A stretch of 24,000 bases of DNA. Source: Cyanobacterium stanieri PCC 7202 (GTDB taxonomy: Bacteria > Cyanobacteriota > Cyanobacteriia > Cyanobacteriales > Cyanobacteriaceae). The notes under the pieces were generated by a model. It saw only the letters and a program-made list of their open reading frames with translations, had not been told where the DNA came from and did no database searches. Numbering within the stretch: position 1 is the stretch's first letter; every line of letters begins with the position of its first letter. The stretch is taken from NCBI GenBank assembly GCA_000317655.1, contig CP003940.1, positions 1,845,547 through 1,869,546 of the forward strand, given 5' to 3'. The position numbers and the translations under genes were made by a program. Positions 8,001-15,579 of this stretch are shown in pieces.

Positions 8001-9097
8001 AAAAACTGTTTAATAACTTCCAAAGTTTCCTTTCCTGTTTTATCCCAACTAAATTGTTTTACCCTTGCTAATCCTGCCTCTATTAAGGGCGATCGTACAT
8101 TCTCCTTAATAACTTCAACCATCGCACCAGCAATGTCATCCACATCATAAGGATTAACCAACAAAGCACAATCCCCTGCCACTTCAGGCAGAGAAGAAAC
8201 ATTCGAAGTAATCACAGGAGTACCACAAGCCATCGCCTCCAACACAGGAAAACCAAACCCCTCCCAAAAAGTTGGAAACACCAAAGCCTCTGCCTGATTT
8301 AACACTCTCACCAAATCTTGTCGATCAAGATAATTTAAAAATTTAACCTGCTCAACAATACCCAAATCATGAGCCAATTGTTTTAATAAAGGAGTATAAC
8401 GTTCATCCTTACCACCTACTAACCATAACTCATAATCTTTACAATATTTGAAATTAGCAAAAGCAGAAATAATATTCAACAAATTTTTGTGAGGATCATG
8501 TCTTCCTAAATATATAAAATACGGTTTTTGACTCATTTTTTTCAAACCATTAATTACCTTAAAAGTCGCAGAATCAAACCCTAAATAAATAGGAGTAATT
8601 TTTTTGGCAGATACCCCATAAAAATTGACTATATCATCCGCCGTACTTTGAGAATTACATAGAATATGCTTTGCCTGATTACATACCAAAGGCACATAAT
8701 AACGAAAATAAGCACTCAAAGCCGACTTTCTTTGCGGAAAACGCAGGGGAATCAAATCATGTACCATCACCACCGCAGAACATTTAGACGTAAATAAAGG
8801 TACTTCAGGCACAGGAGAAAATAATAAATTTCCTGCTAACTTTTTGTACATCGAAGGCAAACTGAACTGAGTCCATAATAACCGCAAAAAATGCCCTTTA
8901 CTACCATAATCAGGACTAAATTGATGGGAAATATGATAATTACTTTGGGAATTATTGATTAAAATTTCATTTGCCAAACTAATATAATTTAAATCCTTTA
9001 AATAAGGAAAAATATGATTAATATAATTACTAATCCCCGTTGGTTTTTCAATCAACATTGAAAAATTTAAAATTAATTTAGACCCTTGATTTTTCAC
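7997..9097 (-). CDS. Glycosyltransferase family 4 (GT-B, RfaG/WcaL-like)
   Basis: 366 aa. [31 protein letters not shown] is the canonical GT4 E-x7-E region and PTGISNY is the N-terminal motif. GTG start. The stop overlaps the rluE start (ATGA at 7997-8000). Confidence 0.85.
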   Translation of the reverse strand: MKNQGSKLILNFSMLIEKPTGISNYINHIFPYLKDLNYISLANEILINNSQSNYHISHQFSPDYGSKGHFLRLLWTQFSLPSMYKKLAGNLLFSPVPEVPLFTSKCSAVVMVHDLIPLRFPQRKSALSAYFRYYVPLVCNQAKHILCNSQSTADDIVNFYGVSAKKITPIYLGFDSATFKVINGLKKMSQKPYFIYLGRHDPHKNLLNIISAFANFKYCKDYELWLVGGKDERYTPLLKQLAHDLGIVEQVKFLNYLDRQDLVRVLNQAEALVFPTFWEGFGFPVLEAMACGTPVITSNVSSLPEVAGDCALLVNPYDVDDIAGAMVEVIKENVRSPLIEAGLARVKQFSWDKTGKETLEVIKQFL

Positions 9098-9128
9098 AAA
9101 ACAAAACTCAGTATTTACACATTAACAC

Positions 9129-9145
9129 GGTGGGCATTGCCCACC
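9129..9145. other. GC-rich hairpin GGTGGGC-att-GCCCACC in the gap between the ExbD-like gene and the GT4 gene
   Basis: Read directly: 7-bp perfect stem with a 3-nt loop. No U-tract follows on the transcribed (minus) strand. Confidence 0.6.
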
Positions 9146-9213
9146 ACTAAATAAAAAATTGTAATATTCCCCAGAATACCCACAAAAACTATCAATTATC
9201 CGTTTTCAATTAT

Positions 9214-9918
9214 TTATTGTACTCCCACAGAACGACCACCAGAACCAAACACCAGTAAACTATTTTGTGCAAAAGGTTCCCAACCCACTTCAAAACCATT
9301 ACTAACCGCCTTTTCCCTAGCAGCACGAAAAGCAGGAAAACTGTCAGGACGAACTATAAAAGCAATATACTGCTGAGTAGAATCCAAATTTTGTAAAACT
9401 TGAGCAAATTGCGAATTATCCGCCCTTAACTCTTGATTATCTTCCCCTTCAGCATTAGGATTTTGCTCATATCGCAACGCCCCTCCCTCAGTAAAAGTAA
9501 CAGTATATTGACCATTATCCACTAAAAAATTACTTAAACGACGACGCACGGCTGAGATACAATTATTATAAATATTAATTTCATTAATATAAGATTGATA
9601 GGCACGTTGAGAATTAATGCGAGGTGGTTCGGGAGTATAACAAGTTGGCAAACTAGACTGTAATTGATCGATTTGTGTCTCTATTTCAGGGTCACTAATA
9701 TAAAATAATTGATTGTTTCTAAGCTCAAAAAAAACACCTTGTTTTGTGGTTTCTGCCCTCAAAGGAGTTTTTATTATTCTTTCTGCTTCTACGGTGAGTA
9801 AACTTACAAATAAGCCAATAAACATTAACACACCGACAGTATTTGTTAATATATCAAGGAAAGAATCTAAATTTTGATTAGGATAATTTCTTTTACGAAT
9901 AAGGCGTTTTCTATTCAT
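9214..9918 (-). CDS. ExbD/TolR-like single-pass membrane protein (long form; TM Asp retained)
   Basis: The N-terminus NQNLDSFLDILTNTVGVLMFIGLF aligns with TolR/ExbD (N-I-V-P-L-L-D-V-L-L) and the conserved Asp is present. The C-terminal block YIAFIVRPDSFPAFRAAREKAVSNGFEVGWEP is paralogous to the neighbouring 150-aa protein and follows the ExbD periplasmic-domain pattern. I prefer ATG 9918 to the TTG at 9945. Confidence 0.55.
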   Translation of the reverse strand: MNRKRLIRKRNYPNQNLDSFLDILTNTVGVLMFIGLFVSLLTVEAERIIKTPLRAETTKQGVFFELRNNQLFYISDPEIETQIDQLQSSLPTCYTPEPPRINSQRAYQSYINEINIYNNCISAVRRRLSNFLVDNGQYTVTFTEGGALRYEQNPNAEGEDNQELRADNSQFAQVLQNLDSTQQYIAFIVRPDSFPAFRAAREKAVSNGFEVGWEPFAQNSLLVFGSGGRSVGVQ

Positions 9919-9934
9919 AATATATTTGCTCAAT

Positions 9935-10387
9935 TTATTCCTCAAATCTAAGGGTTAAACCTTCATCTATCGGTTCATAACCAATATCAATATTTCGCGC
10001 TTCAATCAAATCTCTAACCTCATAAAATGTCTCTAACCCTGTAGGTCTTAAAATCACGATAACATATTCACTATCTCGATTATTTTCTACTTGCCTAATA
10101 AGCCTGAGAAGAGGAGAATTACTACTACTTAGTTGATTTCTCGGCACAAATTCCTCACTAGGATGGATGATAATTCCATCTTCTCGACATTCAATATAAC
10201 GGGGGGTTTTAGAAATGTTTTGCCCCTCCTCTGTTTGCCCAATTACGGTTACTTCAGAACTGCTTTCGATGCTTTCTGTACTAATGACAATAATCAATAA
10301 AATTAGTGTGCCAATGGTACAGGCTAAGACAGATAGGAAAGGAAATAACTCCATTTCTATTTTATTAGAGCGAAATCTTCTACGCAT
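9935..10387 (-). CDS. ExbD/TolR-like single-pass membrane protein (short form; TM Asp replaced by Ser)
   Basis: 150 aa. KIEMELFPFLSVLACTIGTLILLIIVI aligns with TolR KSEINIVPLLDVLLVLLLIF, with Ser at the Asp position. The periplasmic part (YIECREDGIIIHPSEEFV...YVIVILRPTGLETFYEVRDLIEARNIDIGYEP) follows the ExbD/TolR pattern. Confidence 0.6.
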   Translation of the reverse strand: MRRRFRSNKIEMELFPFLSVLACTIGTLILLIIVISTESIESSSEVTVIGQTEEGQNISKTPRYIECREDGIIIHPSEEFVPRNQLSSSNSPLLRLIRQVENNRDSEYVIVILRPTGLETFYEVRDLIEARNIDIGYEPIDEGLTLRFEE

Positions 10388-10405
10388 AATAAATGCTTAA
10401 AATAT

Positions 10406-11800
10406 TTATTGATCAATTTGTTCTACTAAACGGACAACTCTTGGTTTACTCAAATCTTTTATAACTGGTTGTAAAAGGGTAATTTGTTCTTGAATGAGAC
10501 TCAGGGAGTTTTCCATTTTTCCTGCACTTTCGAGCGCCCTTACAATGCCATTAAAGCTATTTTCTAATTTTGATAATTCGGCTATTTGTTCACTAGATTT
10601 TTGAAGAGAATCAATTTTTTTATCTAATAGAGAAACTATATTTTCTAATTGATTCTTAAAAGTGCCAATTTGCTGCTCTAGTTCTGTTTTACTAATATTA
10701 TTTTGTTCTTTTATTTGCGTAATTATGGTTTTAATGTCATCTACTAATGTAGCATTAAAATTTTGTTGCTCTTGATAGGATTGGATAATTTTTTCCCTAT
10801 CGGTGAGAATAATTTGATTAACCTCTTTGATTCCCTCCACCAATTCCGACTCTTGGCTTTGAATTTGGTTAAACTGATGGAGAAATTCCTTCAGTAAATT
10901 TTGGGCGGCTTCTCTGGCATACATTTCTGCGGGTTGAATCAATTCTTCAGGAGTGGGCAAAGATTCTTTGATAGCTTGATTGATGGTTTTGCTGATGGTG
11001 TCTTTATCTAAAGAAGGAGAAGATTTCGATTTTTTGTCTCGAAATCTGGGCAAAAGTTTGTCGTTGATGAATATATCAATTTGCAAAAGTAATTGGGATT
11101 CGAGTCTTTCTACCAAGACAAGGGGAATCATTACCACCACACTCAAAAGCAATGCCAAAAGGGTGGTGTCAAAAGCAACAGCTAAACCGCTAGTAACTGT
11201 ACCGATACCATCTCTAATTTGGTCAACTTCTGAGGCACTATCTAAAAAACCAGAAAATCCGCTTACGGCTTGACTAATACCCAATACTGTACCGATAAAA
11301 CCTAAAAGAGGTATTGCCCAAACCAAAATACGGGGAAAACTATAAGAAGACTCTGAGGCACTGAGGTAAAAGGATGAGTCGTCAAGGGCTAACTCGCTGG
11401 AGGCTTTTCTGCTTCCTGAATGTATGTAAGCACTTAATACCCTCGATAGTCTATTATCTACCAATTTTCCTGATTCAGAAAAATATTCATACATTTGTTT
11501 GATTTGAACTGATTTTGGATTATCGAAGGAGATATGGCTAGGTATGTCGATTTTCCTTAAGGATTGTAATTCGGTTCTGATTTTGGTTAATTTATCAAGG
11601 CTACTGGTGATGACAAAACAGGAGATAAATACCACTAAATATTGAGTTATTCCTCTATCTATCAGTAATACTCCTAAATAGGTATCTCTAAAGGGTAATA
11701 GTAATGTATATATAGCTACGGTTAGCAGGGTGGAAAATAGTAAGACAAGGGGAAGATTAATATCTAATTCTTGACGATTATTGACAATGGATTTGGGCAT
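10406..11800 (-). CDS. MotA/TolQ/ExbB proton-channel family protein with a long C-terminal tail predicted to form a coiled coil
   Basis: 464 aa with four hydrophobic segments at roughly aa 16-37, 47-68, 155-178 and 200-228. LLGFIGTVLGISQAV and GLAVAFDTTLLALLLSVVVMIPL match the channel-family signature helices. Residues from about 235 to 464 are Q/E/K/I/L-rich with a heptad-like character. Confidence 0.75.
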   Translation of the reverse strand: MPKSIVNNRQELDINLPLVLLFSTLLTVAIYTLLLPFRDTYLGVLLIDRGITQYLVVFISCFVITSSLDKLTKIRTELQSLRKIDIPSHISFDNPKSVQIKQMYEYFSESGKLVDNRLSRVLSAYIHSGSRKASSELALDDSSFYLSASESSYSFPRILVWAIPLLGFIGTVLGISQAVSGFSGFLDSASEVDQIRDGIGTVTSGLAVAFDTTLLALLLSVVVMIPLVLVERLESQLLLQIDIFINDKLLPRFRDKKSKSSPSLDKDTISKTINQAIKESLPTPEELIQPAEMYAREAAQNLLKEFLHQFNQIQSQESELVEGIKEVNQIILTDREKIIQSYQEQQNFNATLVDDIKTIITQIKEQNNISKTELEQQIGTFKNQLENIVSLLDKKIDSLQKSSEQIAELSKLENSFNGIVRALESAGKMENSLSLIQEQITLLQPVIKDLSKPRVVRLVEQIDQ

Positions 11801-11847
11801 TGGTGAGCGGATAATAGTTTTTCAAGTTACAGTTTAGCTTATTCAAC

Positions 11848-11875
11848 AATTGATAATGGATAATTGATAATGGAT
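11848..11875. repeat. Perfect 14-bp tandem duplication AATTGATAATGGAT x2
   Basis: Read directly: 11848-11861 and 11862-11875. It lies between the motA-like start (11800) and the TnpB element end (about 11882). Confidence 0.9.
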
Positions 11876-11881
11876 GATTAA

Positions 11882-11930
11882 CTTGACACTCCCACCGACA
11901 AATCAAAGATTATGTCGGGGGATTCTTACT
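11882..11930 (-). mobile_element. Putative right-end terminal stem-loop of the second TnpB element (likely omega-RNA 3' scaffold)
   Basis: Minus strand reads TAAGAATCC-CCCGAC-ataatctttgattt-GTCGGTGGG-AGTGTCAAG. The layout and flanking motifs are the same as at 345-379. Confidence 0.5.
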
Positions 11931-13156
11931 TCACAGACACTTAACTAGCTTAGTCAAATTACTTTGGCTAAACCCCGTCAGTACGTCTCCACAAGCATTT
12001 TGACTCACGGTATGTCCTACCGCAATTAATCCTCTATTTCTAATGACTTTTGCACTCACCACATCTCTTGGTGCGGTATAACCACAAAACTGGCAACTAT
12101 GTATTCTCTGAGTCAAATGCTTTTTGCCAGTGTGATTCCCACAGTTACTACATTCTTGAGATGTTCCGTTTTTGTCAACTTTCAGATAAAACTTACTTCG
12201 TTTCCAGCACACATATGGCAAAATTTCATTAATAAACTGCCCTATACCCGAGTCTAAAGATTGCTTTCTCACAATCCCTCTACTCCAAGAAACAAAATTT
12301 ATATCCTCCACAAAAATGTTATCGGTTAAATTACAGAGGTAATTAGCTAACTTAAAATGCCAATCACGGCGAGTGTTAGCTACTTTTTCATGAATTTTTG
12401 CTATCTTGTTTTGGAGTTTTAACCAATTATTAGAGCCTTTAATCTTATGTTTCAAGCATCTTTGTAGCAATTTAAGCTTACTTTGTGCTTGTAACAAAAA
12501 CTTAGGGGCTTTGATTAACTCTCCTCTATCCGTAGCAATAAATGATTCTATCCCTGCATCAATTCCTAAACTTGTTTTTCCCACAGGTGCATCATAGCAA
12601 GATTCTTTAGATTGAAAAGCAATCATCAAATAATAACCTGTAGCTTTTTTCACAATTCGAGCTTGTTTAGGCTCAAACCCAGTGGGATAATCCCTAGATT
12701 GTTTAATCCTTAACCAACCTAATTGTGGTAACTTAATCCTACCTTCAGCTAAACAATTTTTTTAGCATGGCAGGGGAAAACAAAACTTTTCATTTGCTTT
12801 TTAAATCTAGGAAAGCCATAACCCTTAGACTTCATATCGGAGAATGCTTTATCTAAAGTTTTCAGAGTTTGTTGTAATACTTGAGCATTAACAGATTTTA
12901 AATCTGGGTTAGTTTTCTTGGCAATGGTTAAGTTTTTTGCTTGGTTGTTATAACTAGGATATGGTGCGTTAGCGGGGATTATATACTCAGCAAATAATGA
13001 ACAACGATCAACCAGTGATTTACGGCTGTTATACCAGTGCTTACGTTCAGCTAAAGCGTAATTATAAACCGACTTACAGACACTCAAAATGTGCTCCACT
13101 TCTTGAGTTTGTTGTCTATTTAGTTTTAGCCTGAACTGGTAAGTTAAGGTAATCAC
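11931..13156 (-). pseudogene. tnpB: IS200/IS605-family TnpB (IS1341-like, no tnpA), full length but split by a one-base frameshift in a poly-A run
   Basis: The N-terminal ORF 12749-13156 (MITLTYQFRLKLNRQQTQ...) ends at TAG just after an A7 run (plus-strand T7 at 12757-12763). The -1 frame continues NCLAEGRIKLPQLGWLRIKQSRDYPTGFEPKQARIVKKATGYYLMIAF into ORF 11931-12653. RuvC residues (GIDAGI, FVEDINF, PRDVVSAKVI) and the CxxC...CxxC zinc ribbon (CSNCGN...CQFCGY) are intact. Confidence 0.85.
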
Positions 13157-13209
13157 TGGTTATTAGCCAACATTGTTTGTTACTCTAATACTATAACAAA
13201 TTGTATATA

Positions 13210-13359
13210 ATGTTAATGACTAGAGAAAAATTATTGTTGGTTAGGTTAACTGATGATGAAAAAGCAAGACTGGCGAAATTTGCCAAGTCTAAGCAAGTAA
13301 GTATGTCAGAGGTGATTCAAGATTACTGTAAGCAATTACCCGAAGTTGAAGAAAAATAA
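13210..13359 (+). CDS. Small ribbon-helix-helix (CopG/MobC-like) DNA-binding protein, 49 aa, absent from the ORF track
   Basis: Translates as MLMTREKLLLVRLTDDEKARLAKFAKSKQVSMSEVIQDYCKQLPEVEEK. The pattern beta-strand (LLLVRLT), helix (DEKARLAKFAK), turn and helix (SMSEVIQDY) is the RHH signature. It is divergent from tnpB, with 53 bp between start codons. No clear Shine-Dalgarno sequence. Confidence 0.5.
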   Translation: MLMTREKLLLVRLTDDEKARLAKFAKSKQVSMSEVIQDYCKQLPEVEEK

Positions 13360-13400
13360 ATACTCGCTGTCGCTCGGTTTCTTGGTTGCTCAAAATTCAT

Positions 13401-13450
13401 CTCCCGTTGATTTGAAGTGTGTGTTTTTTTGCTGTCAAATTCAACGGGAG
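13401..13450. terminator. Imperfect 15/16-bp inverted repeat; likely bidirectional terminator between the RHH ORF (+) and tsaD (-)
   Basis: CTCCCGTTGA-TTTGA (13401-13415) and TCAAATTCAACGGGAG (13435-13450) flank a 19-nt loop, with one unpaired base in the right arm. Short T-rich tracts follow on both strands. Confidence 0.45.
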
Positions 13451-13476
13451 TCCTCTTTTGAGATTCAAGATAGAGG

Positions 13477-14538
13477 TTATGCCGAGGATGATAAATATAA
13501 ATCTCCTACTCTCTCTATGCTCATCCTTGATGATACTTCAAGATTAAGGGGCGATCGCCCTTGATGGTTAAAATGTTCCGCCGCTGCACAGCCAATCATC
13601 GCCGCATTATCGGTGCAATACTTGAGAGGAGGAAAATAAACCGTCAAACCATGCTCCTGACAAGCGGATTGTAAACAATCCCGTAACCCACTATTGGCAG
13701 CCACTCCCCCCCCTACGGCAATGGTATCTAATCCCAAATCTAAACAAGCCCTAACCGCCCTTTTGGTCAGGGCTTTGGCAACGGTAGCCTGAAAACTAGC
13801 ACACAAATCAGCGATGGGCAAATTTTCTTCCCCCATTTCCTCCTTTAACTTAGTTACCAAACGCAACACCGCTGTTTTTAAACCACTAAAACTCGAATCA
13901 TAGGGATGAAAACCCTGATTATTAGGCAAGGAAACTCGCCCCTCTGGTAACTTAAAGGCTTGGGGATTCCCTTCCCTTGCTAATTTATCAATAACAGGCC
14001 CCCCCGGATAGCCCAAATTTAATAATCTGGCTACCTTATCAAACGCCTCCCCCGCCGCATCGTCACGGGTAGAGCCAATATTTTCGTATTCACCACAACC
14101 TTTAACATGAATCAGGCTAGTATGCCCCCCCGATACCAAAAGACAAAGGAAAGGAGGGTTTAAATTGGGTTCGGCGAGGTAAGAAGCATAAACATGACCT
14201 TCGAGGTGATGAACTCCCAAAAAAGGCTTATTATGTACCATAGCGAGGGTTTTTCCTGCCATGGCCCCCACCATCAACGAACCTACTAATCCCGGTGTCA
14301 CCGTAGAGGCGATCGCATCTATACCATCCCAACCCAACCCCGACTCCTCCAAAGCTCTAGCAATGCAGGGGTTAACCATTTCCAAATGTTGGCGAGAAGC
14401 CAACTCAGGCACTACTCCCCCATAGGTTTGATGTAATTTTATCTGAGATGCCACCACATTACTTAAAACGGTGCGATCGCACACCACCGCCACACTGGTA
14501 TCATCACAACTACTTTCAATTGCTAGAATAGTCGCCAT
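13477..14538 (-). CDS. tsaD: tRNA N6-adenosine threonylcarbamoyltransferase TsaD (Gcp/Kae1 family)
   Basis: 353 aa. Contains [33 protein letters not shown] and [10 protein letters not shown], the characteristic TsaD motifs. Confidence 0.95.
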   Translation of the reverse strand: MATILAIESSCDDTSVAVVCDRTVLSNVVASQIKLHQTYGGVVPELASRQHLEMVNPCIARALEESGLGWDGIDAIASTVTPGLVGSLMVGAMAGKTLAMVHNKPFLGVHHLEGHVYASYLAEPNLNPPFLCLLVSGGHTSLIHVKGCGEYENIGSTRDDAAGEAFDKVARLLNLGYPGGPVIDKLAREGNPQAFKLPEGRVSLPNNQGFHPYDSSFSGLKTAVLRLVTKLKEEMGEENLPIADLCASFQATVAKALTKRAVRACLDLGLDTIAVGGGVAANSGLRDCLQSACQEHGLTVYFPPLKYCTDNAAMIGCAAAEHFNHQGRSPLNLEVSSRMSIERVGDLYLSSSA

Positions 14539-14688
14539 TATTTCGTCAATTTGTTAAGAATAATAAAGTTTCTTCCTATTACTTTACTGCATTTCCCGAA
14601 TCGCTGTAAGATCACGTTTGAAGCAAATTTTTATGCTTCATTTTTTGTAACAATAACTTGTTGTTTCGTAACAAAAGGAAACAATTTT

Positions 14689-15195
14689 ATGGGTAAAATA
14701 TTCAGTCTCGTATTAGCATTTACACTTTCACTAACACTATGGGCTAACTTCAGCGCCCCTGCACAAGCAGATTTATCTCACCTCACTCCCTGTAGTGAAT
14801 CTGCTGCTTATCAAGCAAAAGCCAAAAACTTCCGTAATACCACCAACGATCCCCAATCTGGTCAAAAAAGAGCAGAAAGATATGCCGAAGCCCTCTGTGG
14901 TCCCGAAGGCTATCCCCGTCTTGTGGTAGATGGCAGATTAGATCATGCGGGTGATTTCGTTATCCCCGGTGTACTCTTCCTCTATGTAGCAGGTTGGATT
15001 GGTTGGGTAGGTCGTGCCTATCTTATCGCCATCAGAGGGGAAAAAGACACCGAAATGAAAGAAATCATTATCGATGTACCCCTAGCATTGAATAAAATGT
15101 TACTTGGCTTTAGCTGGCCTCTCCAAGCATTAGCAGAACTAAAATCTGGAGCATTAACTGCCAAAGATTCTGAAATTCCTATTTCACCTCGCTAA
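14689..15195 (+). CDS. psaF: Photosystem I reaction centre subunit III (PsaF)
   Basis: [27 protein letters not shown] signal peptide, then [21 protein letters not shown]...[14 protein letters not shown]...[37 protein letters not shown]...IIIDVPLA...SPR. ATG 14689 is preceded by AAAGGAAA. The upstream part of the 14551 ORF is not PsaF-like. Confidence 0.95.
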   Translation: MGKIFSLVLAFTLSLTLWANFSAPAQADLSHLTPCSESAAYQAKAKNFRNTTNDPQSGQKRAERYAEALCGPEGYPRLVVDGRLDHAGDFVIPGVLFLYVAGWIGWVGRAYLIAIRGEKDTEMKEIIIDVPLALNKMLLGFSWPLQALAELKSGALTAKDSEIPISPR

Positions 15196-15235
15196 TATTC
15201 ATTGATTTTTAATTATTTTTTGGGAGATTTTTTTG

Positions 15236-15364
15236 ATGAAAGGTTTACCTGCTTTTTTATCTACAGCACCTGTTTTAATTACTGCATTGTTAGTATTTAC
15301 TGCCGGTTTATTAATCGAATTCAATCGCTTTTTTCCTGATCTTTTATTCCATCCTATGGGATAG
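15236..15364 (+). CDS. psaJ: Photosystem I subunit IX (PsaJ), 42 aa, absent from the ORF track
   Basis: [42 protein letters not shown] matches the PsaJ pattern. GGGAG lies about 10 nt upstream. It sits 40 nt downstream of psaF, the conserved psaF-psaJ arrangement. Confidence 0.9.
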   Translation: MKGLPAFLSTAPVLITALLVFTAGLLIEFNRFFPDLLFHPMG

Positions 15365-15391
15365 TTTTTATAAAAAAAAAGATTAATATCC

Positions 15392-15431
15392 AAGGGTGTA
15401 GCTGGTTTTTTAACTAAGCTATGCCCTTTTT
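15392..15431 (+). terminator. Rho-independent terminator of psaF-psaJ
   Basis: AAGGGTGTAGCT (15392-15403) pairs with AGCTATGCCCTT (15417-15428): 12 bp including two G-U pairs, followed by a T-run. Confidence 0.7.
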
Positions 15432-15579
15432 AATAATCTTTATGTAGTATAATATGTGACATAGAATCAAACAAAAAAAATCCCAAAATGGGGTTTGAAC
15501 AATACAGTCTTTACGATATGATTAGGGTCATTACAAAAATTTATTGTACTTAATTAAAATACCAGAGGAAATAAAAACA

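Noticed and set aside
10215-11273. ORFs 10215-10400(+) and 10980-11273(+) antisense to the exbD-like and motA-like genes
   Set aside because: They are antisense to ORFs with family motifs, and their sequences are low-complexity reflections of the sense frame.
9214-11800. Calling the motA-like trio a Zorya anti-phage system
   Set aside because: There is no ZorB-type peptidoglycan-binding subunit and no ZorC/ZorD-like genes. The tail is much shorter than in ZorA. The flanking genes (GT4, rluE) are housekeeping-like. Only the general 5:2-motor analogy is retained.
12050-12597. ORFs 12050-12232(+) and 12406-12597(+) antisense to tnpB
   Set aside because: They are antisense to a gene with intact RuvC and zinc-ribbon motifs.
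13346-13564. 72-aa ORF spanning the RHH stop region, the hairpin and the tsaD 3' end
   Set aside because: It has a GTG/TTG-type start, crosses a strong hairpin and runs antisense into tsaD, so it is not credible.
14641-14680. Two GTAACA motifs 21 bp apart upstream of psaF, considered as an RpaB/HLR1 site
   Set aside because: HLR1 is a pair of 8-bp direct repeats 2 nt apart, and this spacing does not fit. The motifs lie only 16-42 bp from the ATG, probably within the 5' UTR rather than a promoter.
14551-14688. N-terminal extensions in the ORF track: psaF from 14551, and similarly gap2 from 15544, pgsA from 18386, GH57 from 5895 and the exbD-like gene from 9945
   Set aside because: The extensions start at non-ATG codons and add sequence unlike the protein families. 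Internal ATG/GTG starts give canonical N-termini and lengths.
15199-15393. 64-aa ORF antisense to psaJ
   Set aside because: The plus strand encodes a clear PsaJ at the conserved position after psaF.
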